From assembly GCF_001194135.2 (NCBI RefSeq), contig NC_068987.1, positions 109,970,991 to 110,032,153 of the forward strand: a stretch of 61,163 nt of DNA, written 5' to 3'. Shown piece after piece: positions 36,991 to 50,186 of the stretch. The DNA is from Octopus bimaculoides (lineage: Eukaryota). The notes under the pieces were generated by a model that was not told the DNA's origin, searched no databases, and saw nothing but the letters and a program-made list of their open reading frames with translations. Both the position numbers and the translations under genes were made by a program. The stretch's first letter is position 1. Every line of letters begins with the position of its first letter.

Positions 36991-37616
36991 ACTGATCTAT
37001 AAAATATTTACTTTCAAAGGTTATGCCCAGTGAAACATGAATCAAAGAGAGACTTGTAAAGGAGGCTGGATGCAGATAGAACTTCTCTTTCCTTTCTCTT
37101 ATGAATACAAAATAACTTCCATATTAATCTCTCTACAAGACTGTCCACAATGTTATGGCATTATCCTGCTCTGGGCCCATCTAATTTCTTTTTCATTAGC
37201 AAGTTTCTATTACAATTTCTTCTCTCATCTGTCTTCTCTGTTCTGTTACCGACAGCACAAACTTCTTGGAAAGAATACAGACACGGAATATCTTTAAAAT
37301 GCAGGCAATTGATGTGTAGTTATTGAGTAACGATTAGTTTAGTTATTGAGTAACGATGATGATATCCGCAGCAAGAATAAAACCGTACACTTGTATGTAC
37401 ACGCTATAATAACGCTGTTCTTGTGCTCTCTTGTGTTATGATTACGTATGCAGATGAATGTATGTGGAGAAAGAATACTAAATTTCTTCTGTGGTATATA
37501 TAGTATATAAATATATAGGTGTGCATGTATGTGTGTGTGTATATATGTGTGTGTATGGACGTATATATAGTTATATATCGATTAGCATAACCGCACACAT
37601 ACTTATATATCTATTA

Positions 37617-37654
<38 letters not shown>

Positions 37655-38277
37655 AGTAAGAGAGAAAGATTAGAAAAGAGAAAGAGAAAGATAGAGAGAG
37701 GAAGAGAAAGAGTAAGAAAGGGAGAGAGAGAAAAAGAAAGAAAAGGAGAAAGAGAGAGAAAAAGAGAAAGATAGTGAGTGAGAGAGAGAGAGAGGCAGAC
37801 ACATTCACACATGTGTATATATAAAAGTGTAATATATATAAATTATGCATACAAACACACACACACACACATACGTGTGCATAAATATACACAAGGTACA
37901 ATATACATACATATTTATCCATCTACACACACACACACACATACATATATGAGAAAGAGAACGAGAGACAGAGATAAAGAGGAAAAGAGTGACCACCCCA
38001 TCAGACAAGTATATATGAAATCTGTTATACACAAATCACATCAGCAAACACACACGTGTATACACAAACACACACAAAACATCACAATCGACTCAACCCA
38101 ACGTTTTTTTTTATGTTCTCTTAAACACGCATCCACCCCCACACTCACAAATGACAACCAATTATTATCATCATTATCATTATTATTAATACTATTATTA
38201 TTATTATTATCGATATTATTATTATTATTGTTGTGGTTGTTAATGATGTTGTTGATCTATAAAAGATCTTCAACCAT

Positions 38278-38322
<45 letters not shown>

Positions 38323-38502
38323 TAGGGCGGTGGTGAAAAAGGGAGACAAATATCTAAGGTGGTGTTGTTACAAAGAGGGATGGTGGTAGGTGTGTAGTGG
38401 GAAGGGGGAAAAGGGTGAGTGGAAGATGTTGCTGCTGCTGCGGTCGGTGTTGCCGTGGTGACTGCTGGTGCCGTTAAATGGAAGAAAGATTCCATCAAAT
38501 TG

Positions 38503-38579
<77 letters not shown>

Positions 38580-38622
38580 TTACGCACACATCATACACAA
38601 ATATACTTATATATATAAATGT

Positions 38623-38662
<40 letters not shown>

Positions 38663-39504
38663 GATCTTGTTATTATTATCTTATTCATAACAATGTCATT
38701 TTACAGCAATTAAACCAATGTTGATGTTGCTGTTGTTATTGCAGATGGTGATAGTAATAGAGACGAGAGCAGCAACGGTGGTGATGTGGACACACACACA
38801 CACACACACACACACATTCAACACATACAGGTTTGACTAGGACAATGATGCTGCCAATGGTGGTTCTGCAGAATAATGGTGGAATGTATAGACAACAACT
38901 ATAAAGATGAAGATGATGACAGTGGTGGTGGTGATGATGATGATGATGGTGATGATGACGATGACGGTAGTGGTGACGATGGTGATGACACTGATGAGAT
39001 GGTGAGACAACAATCATAAAGCTGATGAAAATCATGATGACGACAATGGAGTTTCTGGCGAAGGTGACAAAGATTTTGGTTAGAAGGCTACCAAAACGCC
39101 CTCTGGCAGTGGCTTCGGACATCAACAAGATTGCAGGCATGTTTCTGATCCTTATACAATTCTATACATTAATTAATTCATCTTCGTTGGACAATTTTTC
39201 TAAAGGACCAATCACTATTTAACAGAACAATCAAGGTTTAATGATTGGCACATTTGAGCTTTCAGGAATGCCCACAGAAGTAGATTTTAGTCAAGTAGGT
39301 GCAGGCGTGGCTTTGTGGAAAGAACTTTGCTTCCCAACCATATGGCTTTGGGTTCAGTCCCACTCTGTGGCTCCTTGGGCAAGTGTCTTCTATAATAATA
39401 AATGCCAAAATGAATTTCTGTGTGTCAGTGTGTCACACTTTGACCACCCTCTCTTACTATTCAATGATACTTCTTCTACTCCTATTTCTGGGGTGAATAA
39501 TAGT

Positions 39505-39648
39505 AGGTACTAGTAATTATTTAATCAACCCCGAAAGGATGAAAGGCAAAGTCGACCTCAGCAGAATTTGAACACAGAACGTAACGGCAGACGAAATACT
39601 GCCAAGCATTTCGCCCGGCATGCTAACGATTCTGCCAGCTCGCTGCCT
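39505..39648 (-). mobile_element. SINE family B, well-conserved 5' part
   Basis: ccccgaaaggatgaaaggcaaagtcgacctcagcagaatttgaacacagaacgtaacggcagacgaaatact...ctgccagctcgctgcc. Confidence 0.9.
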
Positions 39649-40602
39649 TATATTTTTCATTTCACGCGGATAGCCACGCTCTTCATCGACAGACGAGCTG
39701 AGTGATCTCCCGTCTCTTCTACTTACCAATTCAAGATGCTAAATTGGTGATTCTCTAACTTTTTCTGGCTCCCTTCCTCTTGGTTTTAAGGCCACATTCC
39801 TAGTGCTCCCTCTGCCCCCTCACAATCACAGACATGGACCATTTTTGCAGCAAATTCAAAACAACAGTATTTCATGAATAAAGCTTAACCAAATTAAGCC
39901 TTTATTTTGTTCCTTTTTCTTTTTTTTTTTTACATTCATTGCCTCATTTCAGTCACTCCACTATCGCCTCATTTTTCTTCAGCATCTCCCTGGATCTTTC
40001 TGCCCACTTTGAAACCACTGTGCTAAATGATGATGATGGTACGGGAGAAGTGGCTGATAGAATAGATACCAAACTTGAAAAATAATTACTGGGGTCAGTT
40101 TGCTTGACTAACCCTGTCAAGGTGGTGCCCCAGCATGGCCACAGTCCATTGACTGAAACAAGTAAAAGATAAAACAAAATTGAACCACGTAGTTTGAGGG
40201 AGATTTCATGCACTATTTCTAGTGGGTCGAGCAAACTAAGTAGGGGCTCTCTTGTTGACCCCAAAGGCTATTTGTCTGATGGTGGTGGTGGTGGAGATGC
40301 TTGCTAAAGGGAATGAATGGAGGGTGGGGGGATTCTACAAAGAACATAGAACAAACAAAAAAAACAAAAAGAAAATAAAAAAAAAACAGGTTAACTAGTT
40401 ACTATACCTGCAACAGGTAAAAATAAAGTAATTAGGAATCAGTGAGACAGACACATAACCTGTCCCCGATCTGAGTGGAAGCCAACCAATGAAAATTTAG
40501 GGCATCCATCAGATCAACCCAAGGAAATTCCTTACCCAGTTTTGTGGGGATGTTAATAATTTGTGTCACTGAATCTGACAAAGTTGCTATGATCTACTAC
40601 TA

Positions 40603-40634
<32 letters not shown>

Positions 40635-41106
40635 ACTACTACTACTAGGTAGATCTCTGAAATGTTTGTAGTCTCACATGAATAAATCTCCTCCGCTCAC
40701 CACCTTGGCCGTTTGTTGTAGTAGACAACACGAATCCAAGGAGACCGAGCAGAGCTAGCGCCACCTGTACCAGGCGTGACTAAGGTGACTAGAGCAGCAA
40801 AATGAATGAATGCACTCAGGCGGAAACTACTGGTTGATTCCTATCAGCAGCGGTCTGTTGGTTCTAGAGTTGGGAGTATACATATAAATATAAAAGTATA
40901 TATACACATATATATATGTGTGTGTGTATATATATATATATATTTTGGGTGACAGGTCAGAGGGTGATAACATCTCTCATTTGTGATGAAATGGGACAAT
41001 ATATACATCTGTACACACTAACACACACATGCATTTATATATAAATAGTATATATATACATATATATATATATATAGAGAGAGAGATATAGATANNNNNN
41101 NNNNTA

Positions 41107-41145
<39 letters not shown>

Positions 41146-42899
41146 GCATATCTATATATACATACATATACACATGTATATACATATATATATGCATATT
41201 TATATAGACATGTATACGTATATGTGTGTATGCACACTTACATACACACATCTATACATTCATTTCTATCTATGCCTCTCTCTCTCCTTCTCTCTTCCTC
41301 CGCCCCTCCCCTCTGTGTATGTCTGAATGTATGGAAGTATGACTGATTTCAAGGCAACACTAAATACCGAAATAGGAAAGCACTATAATACCTATAAAAT
41401 TCTGTGTTCTTTTGCATCCTTTTCCATTGTTTTTTCTTTTTTTCTTCTTATTCTCCGCTATATAGTAATTCGACTTAGTATTTACCACAGTGTTTACTCA
41501 GACGGAATTTATTGAGGCGAACTGTCAACGGCTGGATGCTCTTCCTGTTGCCAGCCCTCATCAGTTTCCGAGTAAGATGAGTTTCCCAATGATCAGATGT
41601 GTTTTCAAGGAAGATTGGAAATGTAGGAGACTGCTTGTTGACAGTGACACTCGTTTGCCAAAACAAGGAGACAGTGATACACAAATACACACACCACCAC
41701 CACCACCACCACCACCATCATCATCATCATTTAGCATCTGCTTTCCATGCTGGCATGGGTTAGACAGTTTGACTGGAATTGGTAAGCCGAAGAGCTGCAC
41801 CAAGTCCCAATCTGATCTGGCAGAGTTTCTACAGCTGGATGCCCTTCCTAACACCAACCACTCGGAGAGTGTAGTGGGTGCTTTTTATGTGTCACCAGCA
41901 CAGGGGCCAGAGAGGAAGCCCTGGCATTGATCACATTCAGATAGTGCTTTTTACGTGCCACCAGCATGGGAGCCGGTCAGGCAGCCCACATATGTTTATA
42001 TATGCATGCGACAAGCTTCTTTCAGTTTTGGTCTACCAGATCTAGGGTTTGGTTGGCCCATGGTTATAGTGGAAGACACTTGCTCAAGGTGCCAAGTGTC
42101 CTCTACTATAGTCCGAGAAGAACAAAGAAAATATGACCAGATTCCACATTCTAAATGAACAATAGCTCAAAAGGGGATACATAGTGAGGAATATCGGTAA
42201 ATCAGAGCTAATATCTTACTCAATGCCATCACCACCACCACTATCATGCCACCACTATCAGCACTGTCACCACCACCGCCACCCCACCATCACTAACGTC
42301 ATCCCCATTACCAGCACCACCAAGTGGCATCCGGCAGAAAGAGAATTAGAAAACTGATGATAAAAGCAGAATAGGGAAAAATGCAAATGTATAAAATGAA
42401 GAAGATGGGGGGGGGGATGTAGAAAGACGAAGAGGATAAAATACAAAGAAAAAATAAAAGAAAAGAAAAAAACAAAGCAAAATTGATTACATATTTACAA
42501 ATGAGATAAGATCTGTTATAATAATGAAGGGAAGACGGTCCCTTGTTGTGTGTAAGTACAAAGATATTTCTGACATGTTGAAAGACACAGAAATACTGGT
42601 TGGTGTATATTATAAGCTGGTTGTGAAAGACTTTTAGGTATGTTTAGTGTGTAACACAAATATAGGTAGCTTGAGGTAGTTGGTATGTAGGTAGACATAG
42701 ACACATAGACAGACATGTGCACATATAAATGTGTGCGTGCACACACATACGCGCAAATGGGTTGACATTTAGATAATTAGATGTAACGAAGGCTAGCGAA
42801 CCAGACATTTGTACTGAAGAATTACATTACATATGTGTGTGTGTGTGTGTGTATAGTGAAAGAGAAAGAGAGTGAGAGAGAGAGAGAGAGAGAAACAGA

Positions 42900-43109
42900 C
42901 AGAGAGACAGATAGATTGACAAGATAGACAGACATATGTATATAGATAGATAAATAGATAGAGGGATAGATAGATAGAAAGATAGATAGATAGATAGAGG
43001 GATAGATAAATAGATAAATAGATAGATAGATAGATAAATAGATAGAGGGATAGATAGATAGAAAGATAGATAGATAGATAGAGGGATAGATAGATAGATA
43101 GATAAATAA

Positions 43110-43182
<73 letters not shown>
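42900..43182. repeat. (GATA)n array
   Basis: Directly visible. A larger degenerate GATA/GACA/GATG array is at 54960-55620. Confidence 0.95.
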
Positions 43183-43978
43183 NNNNNNNNNNNNNNNNNN
43201 NNNNNNNNNNNNNNNNNNNNNNNNNNNNNNNNNNNNNNNNNNNNNNNNNNNNNNNNNNNNNNNNNNNNNNNNNNNNNNNNNNNNNNNNNNNNNNNNNNNN
43301 NNNNNNNNNNNNNNNNNNNNNNNNNNNNNNNNNNNNNNNNNNNNNNNNNNNNNNNNNNNNNNNNNNNNNNNNNNNNNNNNNNNNNNNNNNNNNNNNNNNN
43401 NNNNNNNNNNNNNNNNNNNNNNNNNNNNNNNNNNNNNNNNNNNNNNNNNNNNNNNNNNNNNNNNNNNNNNNNNNNNNNNNNNNNNNNNNNNNNNNNNNNN
43501 NNNNNNNNNNNNNNNNNNNNNNNNNNNNNNNNNNNNNNNNNNNNNNNNNNNNNNNNNNNNNNNNNNNNNNNNNNNNNNNNNNNNNNNNNNNNNNNNNNNN
43601 NNNNNNNNNNNNNNNNNNNNNNNNNNNNNNNNNNNNNNNNNNNNNNNNNNNNNNNNNNNNNNNNNNNNNNNNNNNNNNNNNNNNNNNNNNNNNNNNNNNN
43701 NNNNNNNNNNNNNNNNNNNNNNNNNNNNNNNNNNNNNNNNNNNNNNNNNNNNNNNNNNNNNNNNNNNNNNNNNNNNNNNNNNNNNNNNNNNNNNNNNNNN
43801 NNNNNNNNNNNNNNNNNNNNNNNNNNNNNNNNNNNNNNNNNNNNNNNNNNNNNNNNNNNNNNNNNNNNNNNNNNNNNNNNNNNNNNNNNNNNNNNNNNNN
43901 NNNNNNNNNNNNNNNNNNNNNNNNNNNNNNNNNNNNNNNNNNNNNNNNNNNNNNNNNNNNNNNNNNNNNNNNNNNNNN

Positions 43979-44019
<41 letters not shown>

Positions 44020-44798
44020 TGCAACAACAGCAATAAAAGAGAGAAACTACATACATAGATACAGACTACACATACAGTGTATATATGTGATATATATATG
44101 TATATAATAATGTGTGTAACTATGTGAGTGTATGTGTGTGTGTATATACATGTATATGTAAATATATGTGCATATATATGTGTGTATGTATGTATATTTG
44201 TATCTGTGATGTGTGTTTAAAAATATGTATATATTATTTATGTGGATGTATGTATGTGTGTATGTATGTATATATATATATATATTGTGTATGTATATGT
44301 TTGTATTTGGATATATGTATACACACAGACACACACACACACATGCGTGTGTGTGCGCTTTACACATTTTTTCCTGGTGATCTCCGAAGAAAATACAAAA
44401 AATAAAGCCATAAAAAAAAGAAGCAAAAGGAAAAAGAAAACCCATACAACACACACACACACACTTACACAGTAACAGCCACATGCACACACACATACAC
44501 AATAACAAACACACACATGTATAANNNNNNNNNNTATGTATGTATGTATCTGTGTATGTATATTAGAGAGGGTTGTTAATGACAACACTGGTGATGGGAC
44601 AGAAAGCAGGGTAAAAATCTGTAAGATTATATTTAGAAAAGAAAAAGAAGAGGTTATGGCAGTAGTAGTGTGAGGAGAAAGATAGAGAGAGAGAGAGAGA
44701 GTAAGGTTGTCGTAGTAGTAGGGAGAGAGAAAATTAGACAAAGAAGAAGTAATAGTGGTAGGAGGAGTGAAGTCGAGAAAGAATAAAGACATACACAA

Positions 44799-44839
<41 letters not shown>

Positions 44840-44854
44840 CACAGATAGATAGAC

Positions 44855-44949
<95 letters not shown>

Positions 44950-45017
44950 TGAGAAAAGAAAAATGAGAGGAAAATCATGATATTCTTCGTGATAATAATG
45001 GCAGCAATAAATACAGC

Positions 45018-45059
<42 letters not shown>

Positions 45060-46081
45060 TGCAACAACAGCAATAAAAGAGAGAAACTACATACATAGAT
45101 ACAGACTACACATACAGTGTATATATGTGATATATATATGTATATAATAATGTGTGTAACTATGTGAGTGTATGTGTGTGTGTATATACATGTATATGTA
45201 AATATATGTGCATATATATGTGTGTATGTATGTATATTTGTATCTGTGATGTGTGTTTAAAAATATGTATATATTATTTATGTGGATGTATGTATGTGTG
45301 TATGTATGTATATATATATATATATTGTGTATGTATATGTTTGTATTNNNNNNNNNNNNNNNNNNNNNNNNNNNNNNNNNNNNNNNNNNNNNNNNNNNNN
45401 NNNNNNNNNNNNNNNNNNNNNNNNNNNNNNNNNNNNNNNNNNNNNNNNNNNNNNNNNNNNNNNNNNNNNNNNNNNNNNNNNNNNNNNNNNNNNNNNNNNN
45501 NNNNNNNNNNNNNNNNNNNNNNNNNNNNNNNNNNNNNNNNNNNNNNNNNNNNNNNNNNNNNNNNNNNNNNNNNNNNNNNNNNNNNNNNNNNNNNNNNNNN
45601 NNNNNNNNNNNNNNNNNNNNNNNNNNNNNNNNNNNNNNNNNNNNNNNNNNNNNNNNNNNNNNNNNNNNNNNNNNNNNNNNNNNNNNNNNNNNNNNNNNNN
45701 NNNNNNNNNNNNNNNNNNNNNNNNNNNNNNNNNNNNNNNNNNNNNNNNNNNNNNNNNNNNNNNNNNNNNNNNNNNNNNNNNNNNNNNNNNNNNNNNNNNN
45801 NNNNNNNNNNNNNNNNNNNNNNNNNNNNNNNNNNNNNNNNNNNNNNNNNNNNNNNNNNNNNNNNNNNNNNNNNNNNNNNNNNNNNNNNNNNNNNNNNNNN
45901 NNNNNNNNNNNNNNNNNNNNNNNNNNNNNNNNNNNNNNNNNNNNNNNNNNNNNNNNNNNNNNNNNNNNNNNNNNNNNNNNNNNNNNNNNNNNNNNNNNNN
46001 NNNNNNNNNNNNNNNNNNNNNNNNNNNNNNNNNNNNACACACATACACATTATACACACACACACACACACACATATACAT

Positions 46082-46255
46082 ATAGGCACCGGCATGGCTG
46101 TGTGGGAAGAAGCTTGCTTCTCAACCATATGGTTCCAGGTTCAGTCCCACTGCATGGCACCTTGGCCAAGTCTCTTCTACTATAACCTCAGGCCGACGAA
46201 AACCTTGTGAGTGGATTTGGTAGATGGAAACTAAACGAAGCCTGTCGTATATATT

Positions 46256-46308
<53 letters not shown>

Positions 46309-46524
46309 GTGTCTTTGTTTGTCTACCCATCCCCCATCACCACTTGACAACCAGTGTTGGTGTGTTTATATCCCTGTAACCTAGCGGTTCAGTAAAAGAG
46401 ACTGATAGAATAAGTACTAATACTAGGTTTGGAAAAATAAGTCCTGGGGTTGATGTATTCGACTAAAACCTCAACAAAGCAGTGCTCCAGCATGGCCAAT
46501 CAAATGACTGAAACAAATAAAAGA
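46082..46524 (+). mobile_element. SINE family A
   Basis: Complete layout with a long internal (TG)n. Confidence 0.92.
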
Positions 46525-47164
46525 ATATATACATACATATATATATATATATATAAAAGAATATATATATGTATATATATATATATATATAGGAAAATGA
46601 AAGGAAAATGAAAAAATTTTCCTATTATTTCTCCACGTGCGGTTAACACAACCCCGCTATTTACTGACTTATATATACACTCTCTGAGTGGTTGGCGTTA
46701 GGAAGGGCATCCAGCTGTAGAAACTCTGCCAAATCAGACTGGAGCCTGGTGTTGCCATCCGGTTTCACCAGTCCTCAGTCAAATCGTCCAACCCAAGCTA
46801 GCATGGAAAGCGGACGTTAAACGATGATGATGATGATGATGATGATGATATATATATATATATATATATATAAAAGAATATATATATATACATTTGGCTG
46901 AAACCCATAAATAAATAAATAAATATATATATATAGGTACAAGCATGGTGTGTGATAAGAAGTTTGCTTCTCAACAAGATGACTTTAATTTCAGTTCCAT
47001 ACCTTGGGCAAGTTTCTTCTATTATATAACCTTGGGCTGATCAAAGCTTTGCAAATAAATGTGGTAGATGGAAACAGAAAGAAGCCTATCATATGTGTAT
47101 ATATATATATATATAGATAGATATATGTATATATATATATATGGGGGGGGGGAGTGAAATTTAT

Positions 47165-47290
47165 AGAAAAACAAAAGATGAAGACATGTGTAGGAACAAC
47201 AAGTAAGTGTATTAGTTTGACACTTGGGAAAAATGAAAAAACCTTTTACGTTTCGAGCCTATGCTCTTCAACAGAAAGGAAAATGAGGAA
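47165..47290 (-). mobile_element. Dispersed repeat, probable Penelope-like terminal fragment
   Basis: gtgtattagtttgacacttgggaa...ttttacgtttcgagcctatgctcttcaacagaaagga is shared with 55930-56020. The minus strand carries GAAGAGC-ATAG-GCTC-GAAAC. The Penelope assignment is an inference. Confidence 0.55.
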
Positions 47291-47358
47291 ATAAAGAGAG
47301 AGAGAATGAAAAAAAACTTGTAGATTTCTGCGGTCCTGCCTGAATTTCCTATTCTTTG

Positions 47359-47478
47359 GACTTGCATTTCTGAACCACTTCCTGAACTTTCAGCACCTCT
47401 CCTCATCCACACACCAGCACTCCACCCGGATTGCCAATGGATCTACTGACTCTACTTTCACGGATTTCACTGTATATG

Positions 47479-47509
<31 letters not shown>

Positions 47510-47756
47510 CTTTGTGTAGGTGTCTGTCCTCCACTTGACAACTGGTGTTTCCCCACCATAATGTAGCGGTTCAATAAGAGAGACCAATAGGATGAATACT
47601 GGGATTGATTTATTTAACTAAAACTTCTTTAGAGGTACTGCCCCAGCATGACCATAGCCTAATGACTGCAGCAAGTAAAAAAAAAAAAAAAACGAAGCTA
47701 AAATTAAGATACATACACAAACAAGCACATAGGAACAAAACAAGAAGGGTAAAGTA
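47359..47756 (+). repeat. Local duplication, copy 1 (copy 2 at 52309-52701)
   Basis: About 395 bp with roughly 95% identity by eye, offset 4950 bp. It includes non-SINE sequence on both sides of a diverged family A 3' half. Confidence 0.93.
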
Positions 47757-47886
47757 GTACTGGAATACCAGAGGTAGAGCAAACAGTATTTTACATATAA
47801 CTCTATTTATGGATGTTCAATGCAAGAATGATGTATTTTGCACTCAGCAGGACAATTTGGAGTATTTGCTTATGTCTTTTACACTA

Positions 47887-47954
47887 CAGGTGCAAACCTT
47901 GCTTAGATTCAGTTTTCTATTCACTTGTCCAAAGTAGATAAAATAATGCACCTG
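47887..47954. mobile_element. Possible miniature Tc1/mariner-type element
   Basis: TA|CAGGTGCA...TGCACCTG|TA. A perfect 12-bp inverted repeat at 47883-47894 / 47947-47958. Confidence 0.45.
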
Positions 47955-48210
47955 TAGTATATGATAAAGCACTTGTATAGAAATAAAACATAGTAAGTTC
48001 TGGATGCATTTGAGACATGAAGAGAATTATAATGGAAGAAGACTATATTTTATATTGTAAAGTAAGAAATATATTCGTTTATTGTGAATTCATGTATGCT
48101 GCTGATATATAAAAAAGAATGTTGTGGATTTGATAATATTGACAATTAATTTTGCAGATCTAGAATCCATTCTGCAAGAAAATAATGAAGCTTTGGAAAT
48201 AATAAGAATG

Positions 48211-48249
<39 letters not shown>

Positions 48250-48571
48250 AATGAATCTGTGTGAGTATGTATGTGGTATTGTAACACAAAACATTATGTA
48301 TTTTTATGTGAAAATCTTCAAATTATACAAATATTGATATTATTTCACACCAGTAAATAGTTTCTAGATAAATTCAGATGACATGATGATTAAAAGAAAA
48401 AAAATAAATAGATAAAACTGAGAAAGATGAATGATAGCTAGATAAATAGATAATACCATCAGAAAGACAGAAGATAAAGAGGATAAGAGAAACATACTTG
48501 GGGAGATGGGATTGAAAAATGTGAAAGAAAAATTAATTATAACTCCAAAAATAAATGCTGTATATACATAC

Positions 48572-49290
48572 TCGTCGTCATCATCATCATCGTCATTTAA
48601 TGTCTGTTGTCCATGTTGGCACAAGTTGAATGGTTTGAATAGGGCTGACATGCTCGAAGGCTGTACCAGACTCTAGTCTGATTTGGCATGGTTTCTATGG
48701 CTGGATGCCCTTCCTAACGCCAACCACTCCAAGAGTGTAATGGGTGCTTTTATGTGCCATTTGCATGACACCAGTATTTGCCATGATTACGATTTCACTT
48801 GGCTTGATGGGTCATCTCAAACATGGAATAATGCCAAAGGTCTTGGTCATTTGTCATTGCCTCCATGAGGCTCAACACTCAAAAGGAGCTTTTCATGTAC
48901 CACAGGCATCGGCCACCTTGCTGCCATGAGGCTCAACACTCGAAGGATGTTTTTTACGCGTCACCGGCACAGGTGCCATTTATGTGACACCAGCATCGTC
49001 CATGACTACAATTTCACTTGGCTTGACAGGTCTTAGCACAGCATATCACCAAAGGTCTCAGTCACTAGTCATTGCCTCTGTGTGGCCCCAAGTTTGAAGA
49101 TCATGCTTCACCACCTCGTCCCATGTCTTCCTGGGGTTACCTCGACCACAGGTTCTCTCCACAGTTAGAGACCAGCACTCCTTTACACAGCCGTCCTTGT
49201 CCATACACATCACATGACCGTACTAGCGCAGTTGTCTCTCTTGCACACACCACATCTGATGCCTCTTATGCCCAACTTTTCTCTCAAGAT
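48572..49290 (-). mobile_element. 5'-truncated RTE-clade LINE (decayed ORF2 C-terminus, 3'UTR and GAT tail)
   Basis: Minus strand 49287-49037 reads LREKLGIRGIRCGV, then a 2-nt frameshift, then QERQLR*YGHVMCMDKDGCVKECWSLTVERTCGRGNPRKTWDEVVKHDLQTWGHTEAMTSD*DLW*YAV. This matches the RTE pattern LRWYGHVxRM...GRPRKTW. It is followed by a 3'UTR with the family D sequence and a (GAT)n tail. Confidence 0.88.
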
Positions 49291-49394
49291 GTGACAAGAA
49301 AGGCATCCTACTGTGGTGAATTTTGTCCAACCCATACAAGCATGGAAAAGTGGACATTAAAACAATGATGATGTACATTGTTGTTAATATACAC

Positions 49395-49555
49395 GAGTAT
49401 ACATGCAAAACCATGGGTTCAATTCCTAGATTGGGTGGTGTGTTGTGTTTTTGAGCAAAACATTTTATTTCATGTTACTCTGTGATCACTTCATCATGTA
49501 GCACACTTTGCACCTGTACAGGTAATATCCGTTTGACGAGGGAACCTGCTAATGT
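49395..49555 (+). mobile_element. SINE family C, diverged; followed by a family A 3' half (49560-49712)
   Basis: gggttcaattcctagattgggtggtgtgttgtgtttttgagcaaaacattttatttcatgttactc. Confidence 0.7.
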
Positions 49556-50099
49556 CGTGTTATTGTGTTTACATCACCGTAACTTAGCAGTTTGGCAAAA
49601 GTAACTGACAGAAGAAGTACAAGTACTGGGTTAATTCATTTGACTAAAATTCTTCAAGGTGGTGCCCCAGCATGGCCACAATCAAATGACTAAAACAAGT
49701 AAAAAGTAAAAGATGGCGGTGATAATGGTGGTGGTGGTGATGGAGGTGTTGATGATGATGATGACAACGATGATGGAACACACACACACACACACACAAA
49801 CCACACCTCTATGCTTTTGGTGAAAGAATTTGTTCAGGATGCCTTCCTTCCCCCGTCTCCACCAATTTTAATTTGAATCTATTTAAATTCATTTAATTTA
49901 AACTCATAACAACTGCTATGATGATGATGGGCTTCCAAGACCCAGTATGTCACCTTCGCTGACAATAGATAATGATGTCACCAAAGACATCGTCTTTTTT
50001 CCAGAAAGCTGCTAATAGTATCGTATGACCTAAAATTAAAAAATAATGGGATTTGTGGCAAAAACGAAGAACAAAACACCCCCAATAAAAAACAAAGAC

Positions 50100-50186
<87 letters not shown>

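Noticed and set aside
39025-39222. 65-aa ORF in unique-looking sequence
   Set aside because: It starts inside a GAT repeat and has no motif or convincing splice sites.
39726-39860. Minus-strand exon candidate before a strong GGTAAGT donor at about 39726
   Set aside because: All three frames upstream contain stops and no acceptor was identified. At most it is a non-coding exon, which cannot be supported here.
43979-45347. Apparently identical duplication of about 330 bp (43979-44307 vs 45020-45347)
   Set aside because: Both copies abut N gaps and I saw no differences, so it is probably a scaffolding or haplotype artefact.
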